NCBI GenBank assembly: GCA_035272385.1
Contig: DATEQS010000045.1
Coordinates: 31,111-95,110 of the forward strand
Source of the DNA: Thermoplasmata archaeon
GTDB taxonomy: Archaea; Thermoplasmatota; Thermoplasmata; Lutacidiplasmatales; UBA184
Reading direction: 5' to 3'
Length of the DNA stretch: 64,000 bases
Part shown: piece by piece, positions 1 to 10,397 of the stretch
How positions within the stretch are numbered: position 1 is the stretch's first letter
Layout: every line of letters begins with the position of its first letter
Notes under the pieces: generated by a model
Seen by the model: only the letters and a program-made list of their open reading frames with translations
The model's database searches: none
What the model was told of the DNA's origin: nothing
Program-made: the position numbers and the translations under genes

Positions 1-142
1 AACGGGAAAGTAGGAGGATGGCTCCCAGGAGGAGGGCCAGGGACGCGGCCGCCGGAAGGAACCACCGGAATGCGGCGTCGGTGAGATGTTCCCAGGCCAG
101 GCGGTTCCCGTCGGTGTAGCTCGCGTGGACGACCCCGGTCAT
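1..142 (-). CDS. hypothetical membrane protein, partial (runs off window start)
   Basis: Own translation of the minus strand, not in the ORF track. From the ATG at 142: MTGVVHASYTDGNRLAWEHLTDAAFRWFLPAAASLALLLGAILLLSR, ending in a hydrophobic helix. The frame is also open upstream to the tmk stop, so the start is uncertain. Confidence 0.3.
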   Translation of the reverse strand, partial: MTGVVHASYTDGNRLAWEHLTDAAFRWFLPAAASLALLLGAILLLSR

Positions 143-307
143 GACGGAACGGGTGGTCCATGCCGAAATTCGGGGCTTGAACCTATCGAGCCACAGGAAC
201 CGGTCCGGAAGATCCTCTCCGGACTCCGTCCGGACGGATTCGACCCGTCCACCCCAGCCAATCGCTTCGGTGGTGGGTGACCGCCCGGGTACCCGCGCTC
301 GAGGAGC

Positions 308-898
308 TCAGAGGCCAATCGACAGCAAGGCGTTCATCGCCTGCTCCAGAGTCTGGTCGGGCGTCCCGCCGGCGTTGATCCGAACCCAGCGAGGCGGTTG
401 GAACATCTGCTCGAACTTCCGATGCACCTTGACGAGGTACGGCTCGTCCTCAAAGGCGTCACGCTGCCCCCGGGTCTCGACCCGTTTCATGGCGACATCC
501 ACCGGCGCATCCAGGTATAGCACGAGGTCGGGCTCGAGCGCGACCTGACGTTCGATGCGGTCCACCTCGCGGAACGCCTCGGCGCTCAATCCGGGATACT
601 GGTAGGCCAGTGTCGAGTAGAACGAGCGGTCCTGGATGACGATGTCCCCCATCTCCAGGGCACGTTCTATCTGCGGTCGGAGCAACGCACGGTCCACGGT
701 AAAGCAGAGAGCGGCGGCGAAGGAGTCCACCTTGCTGAGGCGCGCGAACTCGGACCTCAGGAACTTGTCGGTCGGTTCCCGAAAGCTCGAAATCGAGTGA
801 CCGCGGCCGAGCAGCGGCGGGACCAGCCGGGCCGCAAGCTCCGTCTTTCCGGTGCCGTCAATGCCTTCGATGACGATGTAACTGGCCCGTTCGGTCAT
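308..898 (-). CDS. tmk: thymidylate (dTMP) kinase, paralogue 1
   Basis: P-loop IEGIDGTGKT and motif DRSFYSTLAYQ. Length is 196 aa. ATG confirmed at 898. Confidence 0.9.
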   Translation of the reverse strand: MTERASYIVIEGIDGTGKTELAARLVPPLLGRGHSISSFREPTDKFLRSEFARLSKVDSFAAALCFTVDRALLRPQIERALEMGDIVIQDRSFYSTLAYQYPGLSAEAFREVDRIERQVALEPDLVLYLDAPVDVAMKRVETRGQRDAFEDEPYLVKVHRKFEQMFQPPRWVRINAGGTPDQTLEQAMNALLSIGL

Positions 899-1090
899 GC
901 TCCACCGCCGACGACGTCGGAACCCCGGCTGTGGGAACGGGCGACGAGGAGTTCGGACACCGGGGCCGCTAAGTCCGTTCCGGGCAATAATACCGATTGA
1001 AGGGGAACTGCGGTCGCGTAAATGGCTAGGAGTTAACCTCCAGCTGTATGGGCACCCTCACGGGTCCGCCTCGAACAGAGGGACATCGAG

Positions 1091-1501
1091 ATGCCGGGCC
1101 TTTCGGAAGGAACACGAGAACGGCCGTGGGTGTTGAAGACGCCAAGCGGACAATCTGAATTCCGCGCCTTTCGTGACCCTACTTTGGAACCACCGGCCCT
1201 CGTGATCCACGCCGGGACGACCGAGCTGAGGTACCATCTCCGGTCAATCGAGGACCTGCATGCGATGCTCCGAGCCCGCGGCGATTGGGTGCCGCTCGGC
1301 AGCGCCGACGAGCAGAAGCCGGCGGCCGTGGGGACTGTCGAGGAGTGGGGTCGCTCAGCGAAGAACCCTGTCGGCGGTTGGTACGGTCTGCGCAAGGGGT
1401 TCCGCGGCAGGTTCGGGATGTATCTCCCGCCCGTCCTCGAGAAGCTCGGACTGGCCGAGCTGGAACACAACCCGAAGAACAACCGGATGCGGGCCCGTTA
1501 G
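1091..1501 (+). CDS. conserved hypothetical protein
   Basis: 136-aa ORF with non-repetitive, coding-like composition. The block PVGGWYGLRKGFRGRFGMYLPPVLEKLGLAELEHNPKNNRMRA resembles a widespread uncharacterised family. That resemblance is from memory and unverified. Confidence 0.65.
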   Translation: MPGLSEGTRERPWVLKTPSGQSEFRAFRDPTLEPPALVIHAGTTELRYHLRSIEDLHAMLRARGDWVPLGSADEQKPAAVGTVEEWGRSAKNPVGGWYGLRKGFRGRFGMYLPPVLEKLGLAELEHNPKNNRMRAR

Positions 1502-1611
1502 TTCGGTGACGGTCCGAGTCGCCCGCGTCCCTCGATGGCGTGAGCGATCTCTTCTTTCCTTCGTCCTAATAGCCCCCGCTGCGTACGGAGATTTCGCCGA
1601 GGCGGATCGAC

Positions 1612-2151
1612 GTGGCGGTAGAATCGAAGTTAGGGGTGCGAATCGAGAGAAAGGCGCCGACCCGCCTGCTGCCCTTCGAGCGCTTCTTCCGAGGGTTCAG
1701 TGAGGTTCCCGCGGTGCGGGAGCTCTTCGGCAAGGACACGGCGAAGGTCCTCCGGGGCCTCAAGGTCGAGTTCTTCTCCGCCCGATTCGGCTACATGGGA
1801 ACGAGCGATGTCGATGGTCATCTGCTGGTGAGCACCCACCACTTGAGCGATTCGGAGTTCCGCACGGTCTACCTCGACGTCGTCCACGAACTGTGTCACG
1901 TGAATCAGTTCCGGAAGGGAAAGCCGCTTTTCTACCCCAAGCTGAGCTATGTGGACGCTCCGTCAGAGATCGAAGCGTACAGGTTCACGGTCAAGGAGGG
2001 TCGACGTATCGGGATGACGACCCGCCAGTTGATCGATTACCTGAAGGTCGAGTGGATCTCCAGGAGCGAGCACGCACGGCTGGCCCGACGGACCGGTCTC
2101 GTGGGTCGGGCTTCGCGGAAGAAAGCCCACCGAGCTCGGCTGCGCCGCTGA
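1612..2151 (+). CDS. putative small zinc metallopeptidase-like protein (HExxH)
   Basis: HELCH (HExxH) at VYLDVVHELCHVNQF, followed by EIEAY as a possible third ligand. Basic C-terminal tail. Confidence 0.6.
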   Translation: MAVESKLGVRIERKAPTRLLPFERFFRGFSEVPAVRELFGKDTAKVLRGLKVEFFSARFGYMGTSDVDGHLLVSTHHLSDSEFRTVYLDVVHELCHVNQFRKGKPLFYPKLSYVDAPSEIEAYRFTVKEGRRIGMTTRQLIDYLKVEWISRSEHARLARRTGLVGRASRKKAHRARLRR

Positions 2152-2166
2152 CCGGCTCGAACCAGA

Positions 2167-3084
2167 TCACCGAGAGGACGTCGCGCTGGACAAAACGTCC
2201 GCCAGTACGGGGATCTCTTCGAGAGCGACCGGACGACCGTCCCGAAGGGGTCCGGAAGTGATTCCCTTCTCGCAGACCAGGTGGCTCTTGCGCCACTCCG
2301 AGATGCTCGGTCCGTCCAAGTGAAAGACGAAATCGAACGCGTTTCTCCCGGGACCCGCGGAGTCCGCGTACCCGACCAAGACGGAGAATCCCGCGTTGAT
2401 GTGAAGGGACAGAATGGCAGGTACGCGGTGCGGGGGGTACGCGGCCATCACCCGGTGGGCATTGGTAACCGCCAACGCTCCCGGCCTTCCGTCGTTCGGC
2501 CGGATAGAGAGGATCCGCTGGGAGGTTTCCGGGAGTCGGAGAAACTCGATGAGCTGATTCAAGGTCGTGGTTGGCTCATCCGACCGGATCAGACCGAAGA
2601 GGGCGAGGTTCGCGGTCAGGTCATCGGGCCGTAGGGCCTCCGGGCGGTCCACGAGCCACAAGCGGTCCTCGGGAATCCATCCGAGTTGGACCGGGTCCGC
2701 CGCCGCGCGCTCCTCCCCCGGCACCCCGATGTCCAGCCAGTGGAATTCGGGAGTCGTGGCTTCCGCGAGAGCGTAGAGGGCGAGGTTGACCAGGGGACGG
2801 GACGGTCCGTAGACGAGGACCGAATTCGGGCGGTCGAAAAGGTGGGCCGGGAAGATGGTGCCCCCTCCATCGGAGGCGGGCGCGGAAGAGACTGGAGGAC
2901 GACGCGGAGGGACCTTGTGGGGCCGGTTCTCGGAGTGCACCGCCTCTCGGGGGCGGTCGGCAATGTGCCCCGGCGAGACAGGACTGCCGATTGGGAAGAG
3001 GTTCGATGCGGGTGTGTCGTCCGACAAGTTCTGCTCCGGGCCCCTTGGGCCCGATAGGAGGAATCGCCCGCCACACGAAGACAC
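2167..3084 (-). CDS. hypothetical protein, possibly a degenerate RecA/KaiC-like fold without a Walker A
   Basis: The C-terminal ~250 aa of ORF 2167..3474 look coding (NSVLVYGPSRPLVNLALYALAEA...LSLHINAGFSVLVGYADS). There is no GxxxxGK[ST]. In-frame GTG starts verified at 3084 and 2940. The true start is uncertain. Confidence 0.5.
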   Translation of the reverse strand: MSSCGGRFLLSGPRGPEQNLSDDTPASNLFPIGSPVSPGHIADRPREAVHSENRPHKVPPRRPPVSSAPASDGGGTIFPAHLFDRPNSVLVYGPSRPLVNLALYALAEATTPEFHWLDIGVPGEERAAADPVQLGWIPEDRLWLVDRPEALRPDDLTANLALFGLIRSDEPTTTLNQLIEFLRLPETSQRILSIRPNDGRPGALAVTNAHRVMAAYPPHRVPAILSLHINAGFSVLVGYADSAGPGRNAFDFVFHLDGPSISEWRKSHLVCEKGITSGPLRDGRPVALEEIPVLADVLSSATSSR

Positions 3085-3218
3085 ATCTCCGAACGATTTC
3101 GGGTGTCCGAACGGGTTCGGCCCCGTTATCGGGCCCCCGGCGGCCGTACGGACGGCCGCTATCGGCCTCCGGTTCGCACCCGACGACCTCTCGTCCGCCT
3201 TCCGCCGGTTTCGCGCCC

Positions 3219-3227
3219 ATTTATATC
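3219..3227. promoter_or_regulatory. TATA-like element (TTTATAT) in the divergent spacer
   Basis: catTTATATccc is the only AT-rich patch in the ~320-460 bp GC-rich spacer between the divergent genes. It could serve either direction. Confidence 0.3.
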
Positions 3228-3403
3228 CCGGCCCTCGATTCGAGGACGGAGACCGGCCGAGGGGGGAACCTCGCCGTCCGATGGAGACCGTGTCCACGCG
3301 CAATCGCTCGCAGATGAACGAGCCGGTCCGCCTGGCATCGCGAGGGGGACACAACGGTGCATCGGCCCGGTTTCGCAAGCTCCGGGTCGCCGAGGAGGTG
3401 GCC

Positions 3404-4063
3404 GTGGGTGACCGGCTACTCCTGGCCACCCTCCGCATCCGGATTCCCGCCGGATTGTGGACCGGGGCCTTCACCTCGGCTCACCCGAACGTCTCGCTCG
3501 AGATCCTCAATCGTGCCGACGTGAGCAAAGATGTCTCCGTATCGGACTATTGGATCAGCGGGCAACCTCCCGGGGTGTGGACCCGGGAGATCGGTGGATA
3601 CTCCGATGTGCTGAAGATCGACAGTCTCGCCGAGGTCGGTGAAGGATCCCTCTACCGGGTGACCTACCGAAATCCTCCGGTCATCTACCTCTACCGCGAA
3701 CTTGGGATGCCGATCCAATTCCCCATGCGGTTACAAGGCGGGTTCATTCGCTGGGAAGTAGTGGCGCGGCACTCGGAGTTCCAAAGGGTCCTGAAGCACG
3801 TCGGGAAGGTCGATCCGGACTTTCAGGTGGTCTCTATTCGTAGACGTCCTCTGCGAAGCCACCTGCCGATGCTCACGGAGAATCAGCAACAACTCCTGAC
3901 CCAGGCCATGGCCGCCGGTTACTTTGCGGTCCCCCGTGGGATCACACTGACCGCCCTCGCCCGACGGCTCGACCGGAGCAAATCGGGCGTCTCGGAAGCG
4001 ATCGCGATCATCGAAAAGAAACTTCTGGAAAGCGCGCTCCGGCCCACGTCCCTTTCGCCGTGA
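3404..4063 (+). CDS. HTH_10 (bacterio-opsin activator-type) transcriptional regulator
   Basis: C-terminal LTENQQQLLTQAMAAGYFAVPRGITLTALARRLDRSKSGVSEAIAIIEKKLL is a typical HTH_10. GTG at 3404 is preceded by GAGGAGG and gives ~219 aa. Alternative ATG at 3281. Confidence 0.75.
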   Translation: MGDRLLLATLRIRIPAGLWTGAFTSAHPNVSLEILNRADVSKDVSVSDYWISGQPPGVWTREIGGYSDVLKIDSLAEVGEGSLYRVTYRNPPVIYLYRELGMPIQFPMRLQGGFIRWEVVARHSEFQRVLKHVGKVDPDFQVVSIRRRPLRSHLPMLTENQQQLLTQAMAAGYFAVPRGITLTALARRLDRSKSGVSEAIAIIEKKLLESALRPTSLSP

Positions 4064-4112
4064 CCTCCCCGGACATCCCGGCAGCAAAGGGACCGGCTCT
4101 TCGCAGGGTGGT

Positions 4113-6014
4113 TCAGCTCGGGGAAGTGGCCGAGCCCCGACCCGCGGTCTCGGGCTCTGCCTTCTGGGCGGTGACCCACGCCTTCACCCGGGAGTCCAGC
4201 ATGTCGAGGGGAACGGCTCCCTCCTCCAGGACGCGGTCGTGGAACCCCCGAACGTCGAATCGGTCGCCGAGACGATCCTCGGCCCATTGTCGGAGTTCCC
4301 CGAGCTTCAGCTGACCGACTTTGTACGCCAGCGCCTGGGCCGGCCAAACGATGTAGCGGTCGACCTCGACCGCGATGTCGACCTCGCTCTTGCCGGCGTT
4401 CTCTTGGAAGAAGCGGATCGCCTGTTCGCGGGTCCATCCGAGCGCGTGGATCCCCGTGTCGACGACCAGACGGATCGACCGCCACATGTCGTAGGTGTAC
4501 TTGCCCATCTTCGAGTACGGGTCCTGGTACATGCCCAGCTCGTCTCCCAGGCCCTCGGCGTACAATCCCCACCCTTCGACGAACGCGGTCGGGCCGGTGA
4601 AACGCCGGAAATCGGGGAGGTCGTTGAGCTCCTGGGCGAGCGCGATCTGAAGGTGGTGGCCGGGGACCGCTTCGTGCAAGGTGAGCGATTCCATCTCCCA
4701 CTTGGGCCGAGACCGGAGTTCGTAGGTGTTGGCAAAGAACATCCCCGGACGACCGGTAGCCGGAGCCCCGGGCATGTAGTACGCCGTCGGCGAGCTCGTG
4801 GCACGGAAGTCGGGCACCGGTAGGACTCCGTAGGGAAGCCGGGGGAGCCGACCGAACACTCGAGCGAGCCCCGGGTCGATCCGTTTCGAGATCACACGGT
4901 AGCCGTCGACCAGCGCTTCGGCATTCCCGTAAAAGAACCGCGCATCCGTCCGGAGAAACTCGAGAAACTTCGAGTATCCGCCCGAGAATCCGGTCTCGGT
5001 CATCAGGGCCTCGACGGCCGAACGGAGTCGCCGGACCTCGCCGAGTCCGATCTCGTGGATCTGCTTCGGCGTCAGGGACGTAGTGGTCTGCCACCGAACG
5101 AGGTAGGAGTACAGTTCGTCTCCTTTCGGTAGGGTCGATACTCCCGCGCCTTCCCGGCAGGCCGGAAGATACGTTGAGGCCAGGTATTCGTGGAGACGGT
5201 CGAGGGCCGGAACGATCCGTTCGAGGTAGGCCTTCCGGGCCGCCGAGACGAGTCGTTGGCGGACGGGCTCACCGATCCGAGCGGGGAACTCGGTGAACGC
5301 CCTCAGCAGTGGGCTCGCCAGAGGGTCGGAGGGGATCAATCCCCGGACCTGTTCGACCGCCCCTCGAACGGCTACTCGGTGCGGCGTGAAACCCTTCTTG
5401 CGTCCGGACTCGAGTAGGGCGATGTTCTGGTCGACCGCAGTGGAAAGGGACTGGAGCCGCGCCAAGATGTCGTCGTAATCGGAAAGGCGGTCCCGAGGTT
5501 GGATCTCGAGCGTCTCGGAAGCGGTGAGATGGATTCCTTCCATCTGGTTCAGGGGGGTGAGAAGGTTGTGGGGAACACCGAGACGGAACGGCAGAGGGTC
5601 GAGGCCGTACGTCAGACCGACCTCGGCGACCTCGAGGAGGTCCTTGTAGAGGTCGTAATTCGTCCGCTCCTTCGGGGGCAGATGTTCGGCATCGAGCTGC
5701 CGGAACGAGGCGAGGCTCTCGGTGAGGTGATGGATCCGGCGTTCGATCCCGGCGGGAGAATCGTCGGTCCACCGGTCGTTCAGCCCCGGGAACCCGAAGT
5801 TCGTGGCGAGCTCGGGATACTCGGTCAGCCAGCGTTTCCAATCGGTGGCGAGGTAGTTCCGCAGAGCGTCCGCCGCCGTCCGTTCGGAGGGTGTCACGAG
5901 GTTCCGGCTCCGACTCCGCACCGCGGAGCCAGGGTCGGAACGCCCATCCCTATTTGAGCCAACGCGAGCGCGCCGCGGGGACGATTCGGCGCGCGACGGT
6001 GGAGCCACGGACAA
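4113..6014 (-). CDS. DUF885 family protein (metallopeptidase-like)
   Basis: Characteristic HEAVPGHHLQ motif and ~600 aa length. An alternative GTG start at 5897 would leave room for divergent promoters. Confidence 0.85.
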   Translation of the reverse strand: MSVAPPSRAESSPRRARVGSNRDGRSDPGSAVRSRSRNLVTPSERTAADALRNYLATDWKRWLTEYPELATNFGFPGLNDRWTDDSPAGIERRIHHLTESLASFRQLDAEHLPPKERTNYDLYKDLLEVAEVGLTYGLDPLPFRLGVPHNLLTPLNQMEGIHLTASETLEIQPRDRLSDYDDILARLQSLSTAVDQNIALLESGRKKGFTPHRVAVRGAVEQVRGLIPSDPLASPLLRAFTEFPARIGEPVRQRLVSAARKAYLERIVPALDRLHEYLASTYLPACREGAGVSTLPKGDELYSYLVRWQTTTSLTPKQIHEIGLGEVRRLRSAVEALMTETGFSGGYSKFLEFLRTDARFFYGNAEALVDGYRVISKRIDPGLARVFGRLPRLPYGVLPVPDFRATSSPTAYYMPGAPATGRPGMFFANTYELRSRPKWEMESLTLHEAVPGHHLQIALAQELNDLPDFRRFTGPTAFVEGWGLYAEGLGDELGMYQDPYSKMGKYTYDMWRSIRLVVDTGIHALGWTREQAIRFFQENAGKSEVDIAVEVDRYIVWPAQALAYKVGQLKLGELRQWAEDRLGDRFDVRGFHDRVLEEGAVPLDMLDSRVKAWVTAQKAEPETAGRGSATSPS

Positions 6015-6045
6015 GGGGATAAGCCCGAACGGGTACCAGGGGTCG

Positions 6046-6471
6046 ATGGCGCCCTCTACCGTGCGATTCCTCTACTCCGGGATTCGAGTCCGAGACCTGC
6101 CACGTTCGATTCGGTTCTACCGCGCCCTCGGCTTCCGCATCCTCGGGAAAGGTCGGATGGAGCACGGAGGCCAGTATGTTCAGATGATCTTCCCGGGATC
6201 TCGGCACTGGATCGAGCTGAACTTCTATCCCAAAGGGAACCGGTTCTACGAGCCGTTCCGGGAGGGTACGGAGTTCGACCACTTTGGATTCTATGCGCCG
6301 GATGTTGCCGCTTGGTATCGCCGCGCCCTGCGCGCCGGAGGCAAGCGGGTCCAGGATTTCACCGATGGAAAGAGTCGTCTCGTTTATGTCAACGACCCGA
6401 ACGGGGTCACCCTCGAAGCGTTCGGTCCGGTCGCCGCACGCCGAAAGGCGGCCAAAAAGCGTCGCGCGTAG
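6046..6471 (+). CDS. VOC (glyoxalase/bleomycin-resistance/dioxygenase) family protein
   Basis: 141 aa. Typical VOC layout: IRVRDLPRSIRFYRALGF ... FDHFGFYAPD ... VYVNDPNGVTLE. Confidence 0.85.
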   Translation: MAPSTVRFLYSGIRVRDLPRSIRFYRALGFRILGKGRMEHGGQYVQMIFPGSRHWIELNFYPKGNRFYEPFREGTEFDHFGFYAPDVAAWYRRALRAGGKRVQDFTDGKSRLVYVNDPNGVTLEAFGPVAARRKAAKKRRA

Positions 6472-6541
6472 CGCGGCCGCGATTCCCCTGCGGCCCCCGC
6501 CTCCTTCAAACCTTACGTAGTCAAGCCGGCTGGACGCGTCC

Positions 6542-8380
6542 ATGGTCGAGGAGACGGCTCTCCCCTACGAGCGCTACGCGCAACACTGGAGCTACGGCGA
6601 CATCGCCTGGCTGAGGCCGGGAGAGCTCCTGTTCACGGCGAACATCACGGGCCAGTACAATCTGTGGAGCCAACGGGTCAGACCCAAGGGGGAACGAGGC
6701 TTTGCGCATCCTCTGACGGGATTCACGGACCGTTCCGTCCGGACGATCGTCCCGGCGCCGAACGGCCGTTCCATCTACTTCATGGCGGACCAGGACGGCG
6801 ACGAGCAGATGCAGATCTTCCGGATCTCGGCCGATGGCGGAGATCGGACCTCGATCACGGACGACCGGAAGGTTCGCCACGAGCTGGCCATGGGCGGCCT
6901 CGACCCGGCCGGTCGTCGCCTTCTCTACATCGACAACGGGCGGAACCCCGCCGACATGGACGTGATCCTGCTCGATCTTTCTCGCCGCACGTCGATTCGG
7001 CCTCTTACCGAAGGGGCCCTGTGGTCCAACCCGACCTGGGACCCGACGGGACGTCGCTTTTTCGTCGCTAAGGTTCACAGCAATACTCGCATCCAAACCT
7101 TTGTCCATGACCTCGCGAGAAAGACCACCACCGAGGTGGTTCCTCACGAGTCGGAAGAAGTCGTGGTCGCCGGCGCGTGGACGGCAGACGGCCGGGGCCT
7201 CCTCATCCACACCGATCTCGACCGGGAATTCAAACAGCTCGAACTCGTGGACCTGGCGTCGGGCAAACGGAAGGTACTCGCGTCGCCGGAGGGGGATGTG
7301 GAGGATGTCCGCTACTCCCCGAGCAGTTCCGGGCTGTTGTACAGCGTGAACGAGGACGGTTACTCAGTTCTCTATTCCGGTCGTCTGGGGACCCGGTACC
7401 GTCGGGTTCGTTCGCTCCCTCCGGGATTCATGTACTCCAGCTGGGGGAGTGGCGCCGTGATCTCTCCCGACGGCCGCGCCGCGGCCACGTTGTGGGAGAT
7501 GGGTTCTCGCCCGACGGAAATCATGTGGTTCCCCCTATCAGGGGGAGCGGTGGTCCAGCTGTCCGAGAGCATGGTGGGCGGAGTTCCGGACGGACCGCTC
7601 CGGTCACCGAGCTTGGTCCGATTCCGTACGTTTGACGGCCGGCAAATACCCGCGTTCTACTATCTTCCGAAGCGCCGACCCAAGGGCCGCATGCCGGCGG
7701 TCCTCTCGATCCACGGGGGTCCCGAAGCGCAGGAACGACCCGGGTGGAATTACTGGGGGTTTTACGCCTATCTGAATGCCCACGGGATCGCGGTCCTCGC
7801 GCCCAACATCCGCGGATCCTCGGGATACGGAAAGACCTACCAGAAGCTCATTCACCACGACTGGGGGGGGGCGGAGCTGAAGGACCTCAAAGCGGCCGCG
7901 GACTGGATGCGCTCCCGGCCCGAGATCGACCCGACGCGCCTCGGGGTTTTCGGGGGAAGCTTCGGAGGATTCGCGACCCTCGGCTGCGTGGCCCGACTGC
8001 CGGAGTACTGGAAGGTAGGGGTCGACGTGGTCGGACCCTCGAACCTCGTGACGTTCGTGAAGACGGTCCCGCCGTTCTGGACCCGCTTCATGGACCAGTG
8101 GGTCGGGAATCCCGACACCGAGGCCGACTTCCTCCGGGAACGCTCGCCCATCAGCTACATCGACAACGTCCGCGCCGACCTTCTCGTCATTCAGGGCGCG
8201 AACGACCCTCGCGTCAACAAGGCCGAGTCCGACCAGATGGTCGAACGCCTGCGCGCGAAGGGACGCGAGGTCGAGTACATGGTCTTCGAGGACGAGGGCC
8301 ATGGATTCACGAAGCGCGCGAACCAGCTTCGAGCTATGGGGGCGGCTGGTCGATTCATGGTCGACCACCTGCGAGAGTGA
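6542..8380 (+). CDS. S9 family serine peptidase (prolyl oligopeptidase/acylaminoacyl-peptidase type)
   Basis: 612 aa. N-terminal beta-propeller-like region. Catalytic domain carries the nucleophile elbow GGSFGGF, plus GANDPRV and EDEGHGF. Confidence 0.9.
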   Translation: MVEETALPYERYAQHWSYGDIAWLRPGELLFTANITGQYNLWSQRVRPKGERGFAHPLTGFTDRSVRTIVPAPNGRSIYFMADQDGDEQMQIFRISADGGDRTSITDDRKVRHELAMGGLDPAGRRLLYIDNGRNPADMDVILLDLSRRTSIRPLTEGALWSNPTWDPTGRRFFVAKVHSNTRIQTFVHDLARKTTTEVVPHESEEVVVAGAWTADGRGLLIHTDLDREFKQLELVDLASGKRKVLASPEGDVEDVRYSPSSSGLLYSVNEDGYSVLYSGRLGTRYRRVRSLPPGFMYSSWGSGAVISPDGRAAATLWEMGSRPTEIMWFPLSGGAVVQLSESMVGGVPDGPLRSPSLVRFRTFDGRQIPAFYYLPKRRPKGRMPAVLSIHGGPEAQERPGWNYWGFYAYLNAHGIAVLAPNIRGSSGYGKTYQKLIHHDWGGAELKDLKAAADWMRSRPEIDPTRLGVFGGSFGGFATLGCVARLPEYWKVGVDVVGPSNLVTFVKTVPPFWTRFMDQWVGNPDTEADFLRERSPISYIDNVRADLLVIQGANDPRVNKAESDQMVERLRAKGREVEYMVFEDEGHGFTKRANQLRAMGAAGRFMVDHLRE

Positions 8381-8530
8381 CCCCGCCCGACTCGTGGTGC
8401 TGGCCGCACGGTCTCTCGAATTTCGGGAAACCCGTTCCCGTGTGGGGTCGAGTCCTCTAGGTGCCTTGCCCCGCTCCCTTGGCCGAGACGCTTTGATAGC
8501 CATGGGCGTGCTGAATGGAGGAGTCCTCGA

Positions 8531-10003
8531 ATGACCCCGTCGCGTCGCAGGTTCGCCGTGGCATCGGCCCATCCTCTGAGCACTGCCGCGGGTTTCGAGA
8601 TTCTGAGGGCGGGCGGCAACGCCTACGATGCGACACTCGCCGTGAGCGCCGCTCTGCCGGTCGTTCAACCGCACATGAATGGTCTCGGGTCGGATTTCTT
8701 CGCGGTCGTGCACGACGGTCGATCCGTTGCGGTCAACTCCAGTGGACCGGCCGGCCGACTCGCGACCCCCGACCTATTTCGTCGAATGCGGCGGAGACGG
8801 ATCCCGGAGCGGGGACCTCTCTCCGCGCTCACCGTGCCCGGCCTGGTCGCCGCTTGGTCCTACTTCGGTGCCCGTGGTCGACTTCGTTGGAGGGAGGACC
8901 TGGCGCCGGCGATTCGGTGGGCCTCCCGAGGATTCCCGGCCAGCGCGAGCCTGGCCCGGGCGACTCGGTCGACCGGCTGGGGAGACCGAGATTTCCGCGC
9001 GATGTACGGCTCGGTGACGGAAGGCCGGCTCTTCCGGCAAGCCGGCATGGTGAAGACTCTCTCGAAGATCGCGGTGGACGACGGCTACGATTTCTACCAT
9101 GGCCAACTCGCGCGCGAGATCTGCCGGGACTTATCCGCGAAAGGCGGGCTGCTCGAACCCGATGACCTGGATGCGTTCCAGTCGACGCTCGTCGAGCCGT
9201 TACGGGTCCGCTACCGCGACTACACGGTAGAGACCAATCCTCCCCCGAGCCAAGGCGCGACCGCGCTCATCTGGTTCAATCTCTTGGCCCGGAAGGATCT
9301 TTCCGCGTTCTCCGAGGAGGAATACGTGCGGACCCTCGAACGCACGATGTACACCGCGTACGACTACCGCGCCCGGTACATCGGCGACCCGGACTGCGTG
9401 AAATTCCCCAAGTCGCTACTTCGTCCGACCGCCGTCTACCGCGCGAGCCATCGGGCTTGCCCGAAGGTTCCGGGGAATTCCGACACTACCGCCTTCAGTG
9501 TGTACGATGGGGAGGTCGGAGTGAGCGCCATTCAGAGCAACTACCAGGGGTTCGGCTCGGGAATCTCGATACGGAAAACCGGTATCAATCTCAACAATCG
9601 CGGCTCGTACTTCACCCTCGACTCAAGGCACCCAAATGTCCTAGGGCCCGGGAAACGTCCCTTCCACACCCTGATGGCGACCGTGGTCTCCGGGCCGAGG
9701 ACCGTCCTCTTCGGCTCCATGGGCGGGGACATCCAACCCCAGGTGAATGTCCAGGTTCTCACTCGTCATCTCGACCGCGGGATTCCCCTTCCCGCGGCGA
9801 TCGCGGCGCCTCGTTTCGCCTATCCGGCCACGATCTACGGTTCCGCTCGCCTCTACCGGGAACGCGGGATGCTCCTCCCTCACGCTCGCTTGCTCCGAGG
9901 CGACCCCTCGGCCTTCGGCCACGCGCAAGGGATCTCCATCGGTGAGGAGGTCGAGGTCGGGATCGACCCGCGGGGGGACGGCCTCGTCCCCCTGCCTTCT
10001 TAG
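8531..10003 (+). CDS. ggt: gamma-glutamyltransferase family protein
   Basis: N-terminal [24 protein letters not shown] and autoprocessing-site context [17 protein letters not shown] lies upstream of the ATG. Confidence 0.88.
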   Translation: MTPSRRRFAVASAHPLSTAAGFEILRAGGNAYDATLAVSAALPVVQPHMNGLGSDFFAVVHDGRSVAVNSSGPAGRLATPDLFRRMRRRRIPERGPLSALTVPGLVAAWSYFGARGRLRWREDLAPAIRWASRGFPASASLARATRSTGWGDRDFRAMYGSVTEGRLFRQAGMVKTLSKIAVDDGYDFYHGQLAREICRDLSAKGGLLEPDDLDAFQSTLVEPLRVRYRDYTVETNPPPSQGATALIWFNLLARKDLSAFSEEEYVRTLERTMYTAYDYRARYIGDPDCVKFPKSLLRPTAVYRASHRACPKVPGNSDTTAFSVYDGEVGVSAIQSNYQGFGSGISIRKTGINLNNRGSYFTLDSRHPNVLGPGKRPFHTLMATVVSGPRTVLFGSMGGDIQPQVNVQVLTRHLDRGIPLPAAIAAPRFAYPATIYGSARLYRERGMLLPHARLLRGDPSAFGHAQGISIGEEVEVGIDPRGDGLVPLPS

Positions 10004-10085
10004 GCAAGGGCGCGTTACTGTTAGCGGACCTCCCGCCCGGGTCGCTGCACGAAGGTGGGGTTGAAGGAGTGACATTCCGGAATCG

Positions 10086-10313
10086 ATGCCGTACGTGGAA
10101 TACGACGAGGTCGAAGCGGTCTGTCGGGATTGCGGACGCTCCTTCCGCTCCGAGGATGCGCTCGAAGAGCATCGAAAGGAGGCCCACGCGTCGGCGGGGA
10201 AGGCCCCCGAAGAGTCGGCGCGGCCCCGTATGCTAAAGTGTTCTCTCTGCCGGGAACAGTTCCGCACGACGGCGGCGCTTCAGGAACACACACGGAAAGC
10301 TCACTCGAGCTAG
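10086..10313 (+). CDS. small protein with two C2H2 zinc fingers
   Basis: CRDCGRSFRSEDALEEHRKEAH and CSLCREQFRTTAALQEHTRKAH, each of the form C-x2-C-x12-H-x4-H. Confidence 0.7.
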   Translation: MPYVEYDEVEAVCRDCGRSFRSEDALEEHRKEAHASAGKAPEESARPRMLKCSLCREQFRTTAALQEHTRKAHSS

Positions 10314-10397
10314 ACGGACTTCGGGTCACCCGGAACGCGGGCGGAGGCTCGGGATCTCGGCCGGGCCGCGGATTAGACCGTTATGTAGGAGTTCGAC

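Noticed and set aside
2855-3403. N-terminal 183 aa of the 402-aa ORF containing the HTH_10 regulator
   Set aside because: HTH_10 regulators of this type are about 215 aa. The upstream part is Gly/Arg/Pro-rich with no domain. A GTG with GAGGAGG lies at 3404. An ATG at 3281 remains possible and is noted in the feature.
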